Assembly: GCA_036262495.1 (NCBI GenBank)
Contig: DATAIU010000077.1
Location: 1,108 to 65,107, forward strand
Source of the DNA: Allosphingosinicella sp.
GTDB taxonomy: Bacteria > Pseudomonadota > Alphaproteobacteria > Sphingomonadales > Sphingomonadaceae
Reading direction: 5' to 3'
Length of the DNA stretch: 64,000 bases
Under the pieces are notes generated by a model that saw only the letters and a list, made by a program, of their open reading frames with translations, did not search any database and had not been told where the DNA came from. A program made the translations under genes and the position numbers. Below, in pieces: positions 39,693 to 49,101 of the stretch (position 1 is its first letter; each line of letters opens with the position of its first letter).

Positions 39693-41249
39693 ATGCAGGC
39701 CAGCCGCACGCCGCGTGCGTCGATCGTTGGTGAGCGGGCACCCATCTTCTGGGGCGCGTGCATCGCGATAGGGGCCGGCGTGCTGATGCACCTTCCCATG
39801 CTCGCCATGGCGCACCGCATGGGGAATCGCCTCTACGGCATGCCGATGGACCCGGAGATGTGGGCGGGGATGGCGCTGATCGTCCTCGGCGTCCCCGCGG
39901 CCGTCTATGGCGCGCTGCCGAAAGAGCGGGCAAGGCACGGCACCCACGCCGTCACCAGCTACGAGGCGCCGGATTCGACCCGGCTCGGGATCTGGCACGC
40001 CGGCGTCATCGCCGTGCTGATCCTGGGGCTGGTCATCGACGTCATGAAGCCTGCGACCCTCGGCTTCGTGCTTCCGGGCATGCGCTCGGAATATGGGATC
40101 TCGGCGTCGACCGTGGCCCTCTTCCCATTCTCCGCGCTCGTAGGGACGACGGTGGGGTCGTTCGTCTGGGGCTGGCTCGCCGACGTCTACGGCCGGCGGG
40201 TGTCGATCCTCCTTTCCACGATCCTCTTCGTCGCGACCTCGATCTGCGGCGCGATGCCGCGTTTCGAGCTCAATCTCGTCATGTGCTTCCTGATGGGCTC
40301 CTCGGCGGGCGGGATGCTGCCGGTCGTCTACACCCTCCTCGCGGAGGTGATGCCGCCCAGGCACCGCTCCTGGGTCCTCGTGCTGGTCGGCGGCACCGGG
40401 CTCATCGGCGGCTATCTCGCCGCGAGCACCGCCGCCCACGCCTTCGAGCCGATCTTCGGATGGCGGGTGCTCTGGCTGCAAGGATTCCCGACCGGTATCC
40501 TGCTCCTTCTCTTCGCCCGATTCATCCCGGAATCGCCGCGCTTCCTTGCCGAGCAGGGACGGGATGCGGAACTTGCCGACATGCGACGCAAATACGGCAT
40601 CGCGCCGAAGGCTCGCGAGCCCGTGCCGCCCGATGCGCAGACCGCCGCTCAGCGGCACGGGAAGCTCACGCTCGCCCTCGTGGTGACCGCCCTGTCCTGG
40701 AGCTTCATCAATTTCGGCCTGCTCCTCTGGCTTCCCTCTGACCTCCAGGCGCGGGGCTACAGCTCCGCGCTGGCGAGCGGAATCCTCGCCAAGTCTGCGC
40801 TCGTCGCGCTGCCGACAATCATGCTCGCGGCCTGGGCCTATGCGCGGCTGAGCAGCAAATGGACCTTGGTCGCAACGATCCTGCTCACCCTCACCGGCCT
40901 GGTGGGCGCCCTTCTCCCCGGAAGCCTGCTCCGCTCCGAAATCCTCGTCATCGGCATCATCGCAATGCTCATCGTCGGCTCGAACGGCATGATCGCCGTG
41001 CTGCTCCCCTATGCGGCCGAGAATTACCCGCTCGGCATTCGCGGCCGCGCGACGGGCCTGGTCGCCGGGAGCAGCAAGTTCGGCGGAGTCGCCGTGCAGA
41101 GCTTCGCCCTCGTCGGCCTCATCCCCACTCTGACCGGAGGGGCGCTGGCGTTGCTGCCCCCGCTGATCCTGTCAGGGGTGCTCATCGCCTATGCGGGCCG
41201 CGAAACCCGCGGCCGGAGCCTGCGCGAGCTGGAGGCGGGAACGGCGTGA
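39693..41249 (+). CDS. MFS transporter
   Basis: 12 or more TM helices and the MFS loop 2-3 motif GWLADVYGRRVS. Two additional N-terminal hydrophobic segments are present. Confidence 0.85.
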   Translation: MQASRTPRASIVGERAPIFWGACIAIGAGVLMHLPMLAMAHRMGNRLYGMPMDPEMWAGMALIVLGVPAAVYGALPKERARHGTHAVTSYEAPDSTRLGIWHAGVIAVLILGLVIDVMKPATLGFVLPGMRSEYGISASTVALFPFSALVGTTVGSFVWGWLADVYGRRVSILLSTILFVATSICGAMPRFELNLVMCFLMGSSAGGMLPVVYTLLAEVMPPRHRSWVLVLVGGTGLIGGYLAASTAAHAFEPIFGWRVLWLQGFPTGILLLLFARFIPESPRFLAEQGRDAELADMRRKYGIAPKAREPVPPDAQTAAQRHGKLTLALVVTALSWSFINFGLLLWLPSDLQARGYSSALASGILAKSALVALPTIMLAAWAYARLSSKWTLVATILLTLTGLVGALLPGSLLRSEILVIGIIAMLIVGSNGMIAVLLPYAAENYPLGIRGRATGLVAGSSKFGGVAVQSFALVGLIPTLTGGALALLPPLILSGVLIAYAGRETRGRSLRELEAGTA

Positions 41250-41332
41250 CGATCCGGACGACGGCGGGCGGATTCGTCGGCGCCGTCTTCGGCCTCTATG
41301 CCCGCTCGGGTCGCGGAGCCGGCCCATCGTAA

Positions 41333-42214
41333 TCAGGCAGCCGGCTCGAGAGCGACGGGAGTGCATGGGATTCCCGGCACTTGGGCGGCAAATTCGAAGA
41401 GATCGCCTGCTTCAGGCTGGGACTCGAGCTGCTCCGGTCGCAGCAGGTGACGGGCGGTGGTCGCGTAGCCGGTCCGCCTATCCCGGCCACCGAACACGAC
41501 CTTGGTGATGTTTGCGGTCGGGAAGCGCACCGACCGGACCAATTCCCCCCCGGGCGAGTAGCGGCGCGCCTCCCAACCTCCGAACAGTCCGATCCAGAGG
41601 CAGCCTTCGGAGTCCACGGACGGGCCGTCGATATGACCGCTCGACGGGTCGAGGCGGAGAAATTCGCGGCTCGGCCCGAGGGTGCCGTCGCTCGCGACGT
41701 GACAGGCGCCGATCGTGTTGGCCAGGGTATCGACCCAGTAGAGAATGCGGCCGTCCGGCGACAGCGCCGGGCCGTTGGTGATCGCGATTCCGCGGAGCCC
41801 GGTGGGGATGACCCGACCGCCCTCGAAGCGGTAGAAGCTTCCCGAGGCCGAGGTCTCGCCATTGTCCATCGTTCCAAACCATAAGCGACCGAATGGATCG
41901 GTGACTCCGTCATTGAGGCGGTTGCCGGGCAGTTCGGGCTCGACTTCGGCGATCAGGGAGAAAGCGCCGGTCCGTTCGTCGAAATGGTACAGCCCGTTTT
42001 CCAGCCCGGCGACGAAGCCGCCCGATCCCGCGGGGAGAAGGAAACCGACCTCGCTCGGGGCGCTCCAGGTCCGGCGGCCACCCGATGCGGGGTCGAAGCG
42101 ATGGATCTTGCGCTGTTTGATGTCGGTAAACCAGAGCGCGTCGTCGCGCTCGACCCACACCGGTCCCTCGCCCAAAGTGGCGCCTATCGGCCACACGCTT
42201 GTCGGGTTTCCCAT
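41333..42214 (-). CDS. SMP-30/gluconolactonase/LRE family protein
   Basis: GEGPVWVERDDALWFTDI...NDGVTDPFGRLWFGTM...NGPALSPDG..LYWVDT...DG.SVDSEGCLW is a six-bladed propeller lactonase signature. Confidence 0.85.
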   Translation of the reverse strand: MGNPTSVWPIGATLGEGPVWVERDDALWFTDIKQRKIHRFDPASGGRRTWSAPSEVGFLLPAGSGGFVAGLENGLYHFDERTGAFSLIAEVEPELPGNRLNDGVTDPFGRLWFGTMDNGETSASGSFYRFEGGRVIPTGLRGIAITNGPALSPDGRILYWVDTLANTIGACHVASDGTLGPSREFLRLDPSSGHIDGPSVDSEGCLWIGLFGGWEARRYSPGGELVRSVRFPTANITKVVFGGRDRRTGYATTARHLLRPEQLESQPEAGDLFEFAAQVPGIPCTPVALEPAA

Positions 42215-43159
42215 TCAACGCGTCCCCTTTGACTCTGCAGCGCGCGCGAACGCCGCGGCGGCCCCATAGAGCCCGGGCTCGGGGTGCGCGACGAGCTTTA
42301 CCGGCATGGCCTCCATCCGTCGGCGAAAGCGGCCCTTCGCCACGAAGCGGTCGTGGAAGCCGGACGCCGGCAAGCGGTCCGCGATCCTCTGCCCTTGGCC
42401 CCCCGCCAGCACCACCGCTTCGGCGCCCTGCGCAAGGGCGAGATCGCCGGCGACCGACCCGAGGCTGAGGAAATAGCGCTCCAGAGCGGTGGCGTGCGCG
42501 CCGGAAAGAGCGGACTTCCACAGCGCCTCCGTGTCCGCCGGTGCCCCGTCTGTCATGGCTCGCAACCCGCTCGCCGATACAATGCGCTCGACGGATACCC
42601 GTCCATATTCCTTGCGCAGCCGGTCGAGCATCACATCCTCGGCCGGGTCGAGCGGCGCGAACGCGATATGACCGCCTTCGGTCGGAACGATCTCGTACCC
42701 GGCCGCGTGCCTCACCACCATCGCTGCGCCAAGGCCCGTGCCCGGCCCTATGACGCTGATCACGCGTTTGTCGGACAGCTCCTGACCGGGGCCGGCGACG
42801 TGCTTGAAGTGCTCATCGGGGAGGACGGCGACGGCGTGAGCGATGGCGGCGAAGTCGTTGATGATCAGAGGGCGGTCGATGCCAAGCTCCTGCTCGAGCG
42901 ACGCCGGGCGGATCACCCACGCCCCGTTGGTCAGCCTTACTTCGTCCCCGTCGACCGGCCCGGCTACGGCGATCGAGGCCGCTCGGGGCAGGGGATAGGG
43001 CGATATGGCCGCGTAGGCGCGCCACGCCGCTTCGAAATCCTCATGGTCCGCCACCCTGACGGTGGTCGAATCGCTTACGCCCGCCACTCGGCACCCGTCG
43101 AGACTCGCAACAGCAAAACGCGCGTGCGTTCCGCCGATGTCCGCGACCACGATCTCCAT
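42215..43159 (-). CDS. glk: glucokinase
   Basis: ATG at 43159. ADIGGTHARFAV, INDFAAIAHAV, GPGTGLGAA and TEGGHI are ROK-less Glk family motifs. It abuts the lactonase gene with no gap. Confidence 0.85.
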   Translation of the reverse strand: MEIVVADIGGTHARFAVASLDGCRVAGVSDSTTVRVADHEDFEAAWRAYAAISPYPLPRAASIAVAGPVDGDEVRLTNGAWVIRPASLEQELGIDRPLIINDFAAIAHAVAVLPDEHFKHVAGPGQELSDKRVISVIGPGTGLGAAMVVRHAAGYEIVPTEGGHIAFAPLDPAEDVMLDRLRKEYGRVSVERIVSASGLRAMTDGAPADTEALWKSALSGAHATALERYFLSLGSVAGDLALAQGAEAVVLAGGQGQRIADRLPASGFHDRFVAKGRFRRRMEAMPVKLVAHPEPGLYGAAAAFARAAESKGTR

Positions 43160-43345
43160 CGGCAGAGACGTGGCGGAGGCTGCACGTGGCGACAAGCCCT
43201 TCGATGTCAAATGGGAAGCCGCCGGACACCGGGCCCATTGCTCCCGTGTGAGCGCGCCGGCCTCTCCATCGAGCGCGCCTTGCCCTGGCGCCCGCAATGG
43301 CGCACCTAGCGTCCGGCGCCGGTCCGGCCGCCTGAGGGTCCACAA

Positions 43346-43531
43346 ATGAACTTACCTGCGATCATGCTCGTCGTCCTCATCTTCGGAAGCGTCGCAGGCT
43401 TCGTGATTCTGCCCAGCGTGTGGGGGGCCTGGGCGCGCCGGCGGCGGCGCAAGCATGTCGCGTTCGATCAGAGGCACGGGAATCTGGACCTCTTCGAAGG
43501 GCGGCGCGGGCACGGCGAGCCGGATCAGTGA
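43346..43531 (+). CDS. small membrane protein (61 aa), hypothetical
   Basis: The ATG is preceded by GAGGGT. It has one N-terminal TM helix (LPAIMLVVLIFGSVAGFVILPSVWGAW) followed by RRRRRK. About 84% GC3 by hand count fits coding, and it is the first ORF of the same-strand block. Confidence 0.45.
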   Translation: MNLPAIMLVVLIFGSVAGFVILPSVWGAWARRRRRKHVAFDQRHGNLDLFEGRRGHGEPDQ

Positions 43532-43654
43532 TCTGAGATCGGATGTCGGGAGGGAGCGGAACCGACGCCGGCAGCTCGCGGCGCGGGAACAGAAGGAGCC
43601 GCGGAAAGCGCCTCGATTTGCATCGCGCGGCGGCGATCCTGTAACCGGCGCGCC

Positions 43655-44098
43655 ATGTCCGCCCGAGCCCCCGCATCGCGCCTCGCCCGCCTGCGCCCCG
43701 CCGATTGGGCGGCGCTGGCCGAGGCGGGCCTGACGCTCGCGCTCGGGTCGGCGGCGATCAAGCTGCTCTCCTTCCGGCGCGTCGCGGCCTGGGCCTCGAC
43801 GGGAGGGCGGCCGGCGGCCCGAAATGACGCTGCGAAGGTCCGCCGCGTCCGCTGGGCTGTCGAAGCCTGGGCGCGGCGGGTGCCGTGGCGGGCGGTTTGC
43901 TTTCAGCGCGGACTGGCCGTTCATCTCATGCTGCGGCGCCGCGGCATCGCCTCGGTGATGCGTTACGGCGTCGCCGACTTGCCCGACAAGGGGCTTCAGG
44001 CCCACGTCTGGGTCGATGTCGGCGAGGACACCGTGATCGGCGGCGAGGAGGCGCCGAATTTCGCCTGCGTCGCGCGCTTCCCGCCGGAGGCCGCTTGA
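43655..44098 (+). CDS. lasso-peptide-biosynthesis B2-type protein (transglutaminase-like cysteine protease, McjB C-terminal domain-like)
   Basis: 147 aa. The pattern VPWRAVCFQRGLAVHLMLRRRGIASVMRYGV....GLQAHVWVDVGEDTVIGGEE..NFACVARF matches the B2/Transglut_core3 consensus as I know it. The candidate nucleophile is Cys82 (TGC 43898-43900) and the candidate His is His117. Confidence 0.72.
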   Translation: MSARAPASRLARLRPADWAALAEAGLTLALGSAAIKLLSFRRVAAWASTGGRPAARNDAAKVRRVRWAVEAWARRVPWRAVCFQRGLAVHLMLRRRGIASVMRYGVADLPDKGLQAHVWVDVGEDTVIGGEEAPNFACVARFPPEAA

Positions 44099-45900
44099 CC
44101 GACGCCCCCTCTCGCGTCGGTCCCTCTCGCACCGGTCGTGAGGAGGGGCTGGCGGCGCCGCTGCTGCGCTTCGCGGCGGACATCTTCGCCTTCGCGGGGC
44201 GGGGCTGGCCGAAGATCCTCTTTCTTCTCGTCGCCGGCTCCCTCGTCGAGGGCTTCGGCATCCTCCTCCTGGTGCCGCTTCTCGGCATCGTCATCGGCGA
44301 GGCGCCCGCGGGCAGCTGGCTCGGCCGGTTCACCGCATCAGTCCTCGCTTTGTCGCCGAGCGCCTCGCGCTTCGGGCGCATATCCTTTCTGCTCGGCCTC
44401 TTCGCTCTCCTCTTCGCGGTGCGGGCCTGGCTCATCCTGACCCGCGACACGGCCATGGCACGGCTCCAGATCGACTTCATCCAGGACCAGCGCCTCCGCC
44501 TCGTTCGCCTGCTCGCGCGCAGCCGCTGGGACCGGCTGGTCCGCCTCCGCCACGGGCGAGTGACCCATGTGCTCGGCAGCGACCTCGACCAGTGCGCCAG
44601 CGCGGTCTACCTGCTGCTCCAGGCCACGGTGGCGCTGGCCATCCTCGCCGGTCAGCTCATCCTCGCCTTCCTGCTGTCGCCTGCGCTGGCGGGGCTGATC
44701 TTCGTCCTCCTCGGAATCGGGGCACTGACGCTCCGGCCGATCGTCCGGCGCTCGCGCGACCTCGGCGAGTGGGTGCTTGCCTCCAACATGGGGCTGGTCG
44801 TCACCACGACCCAGTTTCTCGGCGGGCTGAAGCTCGCGGTCAGCCAGAACCTCCAGAAAAGCTTTGTCGCCGAGTTCGAGGCCGCACTGAAGCGGGGCCG
44901 GGAGCGGCGCGTCCAGTTCACCCGGCAACGCACCGGCGCGCAGCTGGCCCTGACGGGCGTCGCGGCCGGAGTGGCGGGGCTCACGGTGTTGCTCGGCATC
45001 GGCGTCCTTGGCCTGGCGCCCGCGGCCGCCATCGCGTTCCTCTTCATCCTCGGCCGAATGAACGGTCCCGCGACGCAGCTCCAGACCGGTGCCCAGCACG
45101 TCTTCCACGCACTGCCGGCCTATGGCGAACTCAAGGCCCTGCAGGCCGAACTGACGGCCGCCGACGGCAGCGAAGCGGCCGCCCCGCTCGGCTCTGGGCA
45201 GGACCTTCCGAAGGGGGCTTTGGCCCTGGAGAATCTGTCCTTCTCGCATGCCGCGGGCGGAGCCGAGGCGGCAGGGCTGAACGGGGTCACCTTGACGATC
45301 GAGCCCGGCGAATTCGTCGGTCTCACCGGCCCTTCCGGGGCGGGCAAGACCACCCTCCTCGACCTCATCGTCGGCCTCTACAGTCCCGCCGCGGGCAGGA
45401 TCACGCTCGCCGGGGCGCCTCTCGAAGGGGCGCTGCTCGACCTCTGGCGCGAGAGAGTGAGTTACGTCTCGCAGGACCCGTTCCTGTTCCACGACAGCGT
45501 CCGGCGCAACCTCCTCTGGGCGCGGCCCGACGCGGACGACGAGGCGCTGAGGGAGGCGCTGCGGCGGGCCGGCGCAGAAGATCTGGTCGCGCGCCTCGAC
45601 GGCGGTCTCGACGCCATCGTCGGCGAACGCGGCACCTTGCTTTCAGGAGGGGAGCGCCAGCGCATCGCCCTGGCCCGCGCCTTCATCCGCCGCCCTCGGC
45701 TCCTTCTGCTCGACGAGGCGACGAGCGCGATCGACGTAGCCGGCGAGCGCGTCGTGCTCGAGACGCTGGCACGCGATCCGGATCGCCCTGCCATCATCAT
45801 CGTTTCCCACCGTGCGGAGAGCCTCGCCTTGTGCGACCGGCTGCTCGAACTGAGCGGCGGCCGCATCGTCCAATCCCTTGGCGCAGGAAGGTTTTCCTAG
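44095..45900 (+). CDS. ABC exporter, fused permease/ATPase half-transporter (McjD/MsbA-like)
   Basis: The TTG at 44095 overlaps the B2 stop (TTGA) and there is no in-frame ATG for over 100 codons. It has 6 TM helices, Walker A GPSGAGKT, signature LSGGERQR and Walker B LLLLDEATSAID, with no N-terminal C39 domain. Confidence 0.85.
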   Translation: MTDAPSRVGPSRTGREEGLAAPLLRFAADIFAFAGRGWPKILFLLVAGSLVEGFGILLLVPLLGIVIGEAPAGSWLGRFTASVLALSPSASRFGRISFLLGLFALLFAVRAWLILTRDTAMARLQIDFIQDQRLRLVRLLARSRWDRLVRLRHGRVTHVLGSDLDQCASAVYLLLQATVALAILAGQLILAFLLSPALAGLIFVLLGIGALTLRPIVRRSRDLGEWVLASNMGLVVTTTQFLGGLKLAVSQNLQKSFVAEFEAALKRGRERRVQFTRQRTGAQLALTGVAAGVAGLTVLLGIGVLGLAPAAAIAFLFILGRMNGPATQLQTGAQHVFHALPAYGELKALQAELTAADGSEAAAPLGSGQDLPKGALALENLSFSHAAGGAEAAGLNGVTLTIEPGEFVGLTGPSGAGKTTLLDLIVGLYSPAAGRITLAGAPLEGALLDLWRERVSYVSQDPFLFHDSVRRNLLWARPDADDEALREALRRAGAEDLVARLDGGLDAIVGERGTLLSGGERQRIALARAFIRRPRLLLLDEATSAIDVAGERVVLETLARDPDRPAIIIVSHRAESLALCDRLLELSGGRIVQSLGAGRFS

Positions 45901-45952
45901 TGCCGGAAGGCGAAGGCAAGTAAGGGCTCGAACCCGGGAAGAGGGTAAGCGA

Positions 45953-47368
45953 ATGCCGTGGAGAAGCCTGGGAGCGCTGGGTTGCGCGCTGTCCGTCGTC
46001 GCGGCCGCGACGGCGGCCGCGCAGCCGCGCCCTGGCGCCACGCTGCCGCCGCCTTCGACCAACCCGCTTTCGATAGACGTGTCGAAGGATCCGGTCCTGC
46101 AGCTGGCGCGCAGCCAGGCGGCGCCCGAATTCTTCCGGAGCGTCGTCGCGGCCGCCGTCCAGCACCACCCGGCGACGCAGGAGGCGCGGGCGACCAGTGC
46201 CGAGGCTGAGGCGGTGGTCGACGAGGCGCGCGAGCGCCGGCTCCCGTCGGTCGACCTCAACATCTCATCCTACCGCGTGATCTCGCGCGAATTCTCGAAC
46301 GACCCGCAGAACGTTCTCGAACGCTCGCGGCCTTCGCATCGCACCGACGCGCAACTGACCGTCCAGCAGACCATCTTCGACTTCGGAGCGAGCGCCGAGC
46401 GCGTGCTGGCCGCGGGCGCGCGGCTGCGCGCGGCGGCAGCGGAGGCGGAGCTCAGCGCCGACCGAATCGCTTTGTCGTCGGTCGCGGCCTGGTACGACGT
46501 CTTCGCATACCGGGCGCTGGTGGCGCTCAGCGAATCGTTCGTCGCGGGCCAGAAGGAGTTACGCGCTGCGGTCGAGGAGCGGGTCAGGCTGGGTGCGTCT
46601 GCCCCGGGCGACACGGCTCGCGTGGAGAGCTATCTCGCTTCCGCCCAGACCCGTCTCGCCGTCTTCCGCCGAGGCCTCGCCAATGCCGAGGCGCGCTATA
46701 CCGAGCTGATCGGATCGCCGCCGCCGCCGAGCCTCGAGCGCGCGCCGATCCCGAAGCTTCCGGCGATGACCAAGGAAGCCGCCGAGCTCGCCGCGATGAG
46801 CGGCCCGGAAGCGCGCTCCGCCCAGGCCCTGGCCGATTCGACCCGGCGCGAGGCGAAAGCCGCCAAGGCCGACCGGCTGCCTCAGATCGGGGTCGGAATC
46901 GACGCGGGGCGCTACGGCGTGTTCGAGAATGCCACCGACTACGACGTCCGCGGGCGCGTCACACTGCGCCAGCGCCTGTTCGGCGGCACCGAGGCCCGGG
47001 TCGCTCAGGCCGAGGCAAGGGTCCGCTCCGCCGACGCCCGCGCCGCCCGAATCCGCGACGAGGCCGCGCGCGACGCGTCGATCGCCTGGTCGGACGTGCG
47101 CGCGCTCGAGGAGCAATTGCGGGCGCTGGAGGACAGCTACATCGCCAGCCGGCGCTCGCGCGACGTGCTGATCGAGCGGTTCATCAATTCGCGCGGCAAT
47201 CTGTTCGACGTCGTCGCGGCCGAAGACGCTTATTTCGAGACGGCGACTGCCTACATTAGGGCGCTCAGCGAGCTCGACGCCGCGCGCTACGTTCTCCTTT
47301 CCCGCACCGGCGGGCTGCTGGACGCGCTCGGCATCGACCCCGCCCGGGTTGGAGGCCTGGATGGCTAG
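45953..47368 (+). CDS. TolC family outer membrane efflux protein
   Basis: ATG at 45953 follows GAGGGT. The signal peptide is MPWRSLGALGCALSVVAAATAAA. Two OEP repeats are visible (LPSVDLNISSY..., RLPQIGVGIDAGRY...) with long helical segments. Confidence 0.85.
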   Translation: MPWRSLGALGCALSVVAAATAAAQPRPGATLPPPSTNPLSIDVSKDPVLQLARSQAAPEFFRSVVAAAVQHHPATQEARATSAEAEAVVDEARERRLPSVDLNISSYRVISREFSNDPQNVLERSRPSHRTDAQLTVQQTIFDFGASAERVLAAGARLRAAAAEAELSADRIALSSVAAWYDVFAYRALVALSESFVAGQKELRAAVEERVRLGASAPGDTARVESYLASAQTRLAVFRRGLANAEARYTELIGSPPPPSLERAPIPKLPAMTKEAAELAAMSGPEARSAQALADSTRREAKAAKADRLPQIGVGIDAGRYGVFENATDYDVRGRVTLRQRLFGGTEARVAQAEARVRSADARAARIRDEAARDASIAWSDVRALEEQLRALEDSYIASRRSRDVLIERFINSRGNLFDVVAAEDAYFETATAYIRALSELDAARYVLLSRTGGLLDALGIDPARVGGLDG

Positions 47369-49100
47369 GGACGAAGACGTGATCAAGATGCCCCAGCCGC
47401 GGTTCGCTCCGTGGCTGATGGATCCGATGCGCCGCAACCGACCCGTCTACATGAAGGTCGCGCTGGCGGCGGTGATGATCAACATCTTCGGGCTGATGAC
47501 GTCGCTGTTCACGATGACGGTCTACGACAGGGTCGTTCCGAACAACGCGACCTCGTCGCTCATCGCGCTGTCGATCGGCCTTGCGATCATCGTGATCTTC
47601 GACTTCATCCTGAAGCTGCTCCGGGCCTATTTCGTCGATATCGCCGGCGCCTCGATCGACCGCGAGGTGGGCGAGACCCTGTTCGAGCGGCTGCTCAAGC
47701 TCCGCCTCGACCTCAAGAAGGGCTCGACGGGGTCGCTCACCGGCCTGATGCGCGAGCTGGAGGCGCTGCGCGACTTCTTCACCTCCGCGACGATGACGGC
47801 GATCGTCGACCTGCCGTTCATCCTCCTCACCCTGGTGGTCATCGCCCTGATCGGCGGCTGGCTGGTGCTCGTTCCGGCTTTGATGATCCCGCTCGTCGTG
47901 CTCGTCGGCGCGCTGACGCAGCCGGCGATGGACCGGCTCTCGGCTAAAGCGATGGGGGAGGGCCTGGCGAAGCAATCCGTGCTCGTCGAGACGATCGGAG
48001 GGCTGGAGACGGTCAAGGCGTCCGGCGCCGGGCCTCTTCTCGCGAAGCGCTGGGATAAGGCTATGGAGAATCACGCCAGCTCCTCGCTCCGCCAGCGCCT
48101 CATCGCCAGCATCGGCATCACCACCGCGACCTCGGCGGGAACCATCTCCTATGCCGGCGTCGTCATCGTCGGCGTCGGCATGATCGCCGAGCAGGAGCTG
48201 ACCATGGGCGGTCTCATCGCCTGTTCGATCCTCGGCGGCCGCGCGGTCGCCCCGCTCGCCCAGATCTCGCAACTGCTCTCGCGGATGACGGCGACCCGGA
48301 CCGCCTACCGCCAGCTCAACGAGATGATGAACCTGCCGCCCGAGGGTCCCGAGAAGGAGGGGCTGAAGCTCGGCCGGCCGGAAGGGCAGATCGAGTTCCG
48401 CAACGTCAGCTTCCGTTATCCGGGATCGCCGGAGAAGACGCTCGAGGGCATCAACTTCGTCGTGAAGCCCGGGGAGAAGGTGGCCCTGCTCGGCCGCGTC
48501 GGCTCCGGCAAGTCGACCATCGCGCGTCTCCTTCTCGGCCTCTACCCGCCCGAGGAGGGGCTGGTGATGCTCGACGGGACGGACATCCGCCAGCTCGATC
48601 CGGCGGACCTCAGGCGCCACATCGGCGCGGCGCTGCAGGAGAGCGTTCTCCTGACCGGCACCGTCCGCGAGAATATCGGGCTCGGCCGCGACCATGTCGA
48701 CGACGAGGAGCTGCTGCGGGCGGCGGACCTCAGCGGCACCCACAGCTTCATGGGCCAGATCGCCAACGGCTACGACCTGCGCCTCGCCGACCGCGGCGAG
48801 GGCCTGTCGGGCGGCCAGCGCCAGTCGATCGCGCTGGCACGGGCGCTGGCCGGCAAGCCGCCGATTCTCGTCTTCGACGAGCCGACCAGCGCGATGGACG
48901 CGCAGACCGAGACGGCGCTTCTGCAGCGGCTCCAGGTGGAGCTGAAGGAACGCACCCTCGTCCTGATCACCCATCGCCCCCCCTTGCTCGCTTTGGTCAG
49001 CCGCGTGATCCTCGTCGACCACGGCAAGATCGTCGCGGACGGTCCGCGCGACCAGGTGATGCAGCAGATCATGCGGCCGCGGGCGGCGACGGCGGCCTGA
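47361..49100 (+). CDS. type I secretion system permease/ATPase (PrtD/LapB-type, no C39-like domain)
   Basis: ATG at 47361 follows GGAGG and overlaps the TolC stop. TMD motifs are MTVYDRVVPN and ETIGGLETVKA. The NBD has GRVGSGKST, LSGGQRQSIALARAL and ILVFDEPTSAMD. Confidence 0.9.
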   Translation: MARDEDVIKMPQPRFAPWLMDPMRRNRPVYMKVALAAVMINIFGLMTSLFTMTVYDRVVPNNATSSLIALSIGLAIIVIFDFILKLLRAYFVDIAGASIDREVGETLFERLLKLRLDLKKGSTGSLTGLMRELEALRDFFTSATMTAIVDLPFILLTLVVIALIGGWLVLVPALMIPLVVLVGALTQPAMDRLSAKAMGEGLAKQSVLVETIGGLETVKASGAGPLLAKRWDKAMENHASSSLRQRLIASIGITTATSAGTISYAGVVIVGVGMIAEQELTMGGLIACSILGGRAVAPLAQISQLLSRMTATRTAYRQLNEMMNLPPEGPEKEGLKLGRPEGQIEFRNVSFRYPGSPEKTLEGINFVVKPGEKVALLGRVGSGKSTIARLLLGLYPPEEGLVMLDGTDIRQLDPADLRRHIGAALQESVLLTGTVRENIGLGRDHVDDEELLRAADLSGTHSFMGQIANGYDLRLADRGEGLSGGQRQSIALARALAGKPPILVFDEPTSAMDAQTETALLQRLQVELKERTLVLITHRPPLLALVSRVILVDHGKIVADGPRDQVMQQIMRPRAATAA

Positions 49101-49101
49101 G

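Noticed and set aside
34061-43345. Genomic island integrated at tRNA-Ser
   Set aside because: No integrase, transposase or phage genes are present, no direct repeat of the tRNA 3' end was found by eye, and GC content and codon bias look like the rest of the window. It is kept only as a low-interest note about the tRNA-flanking sequence.
43352-44005. 217-aa minus ORF opposite the small ORFs and B2 gene
   Set aside because: It is an Arg/Pro/Gly-rich antisense frame with no motifs, and the + strand frames have better codon bias and a recognisable B2 domain.
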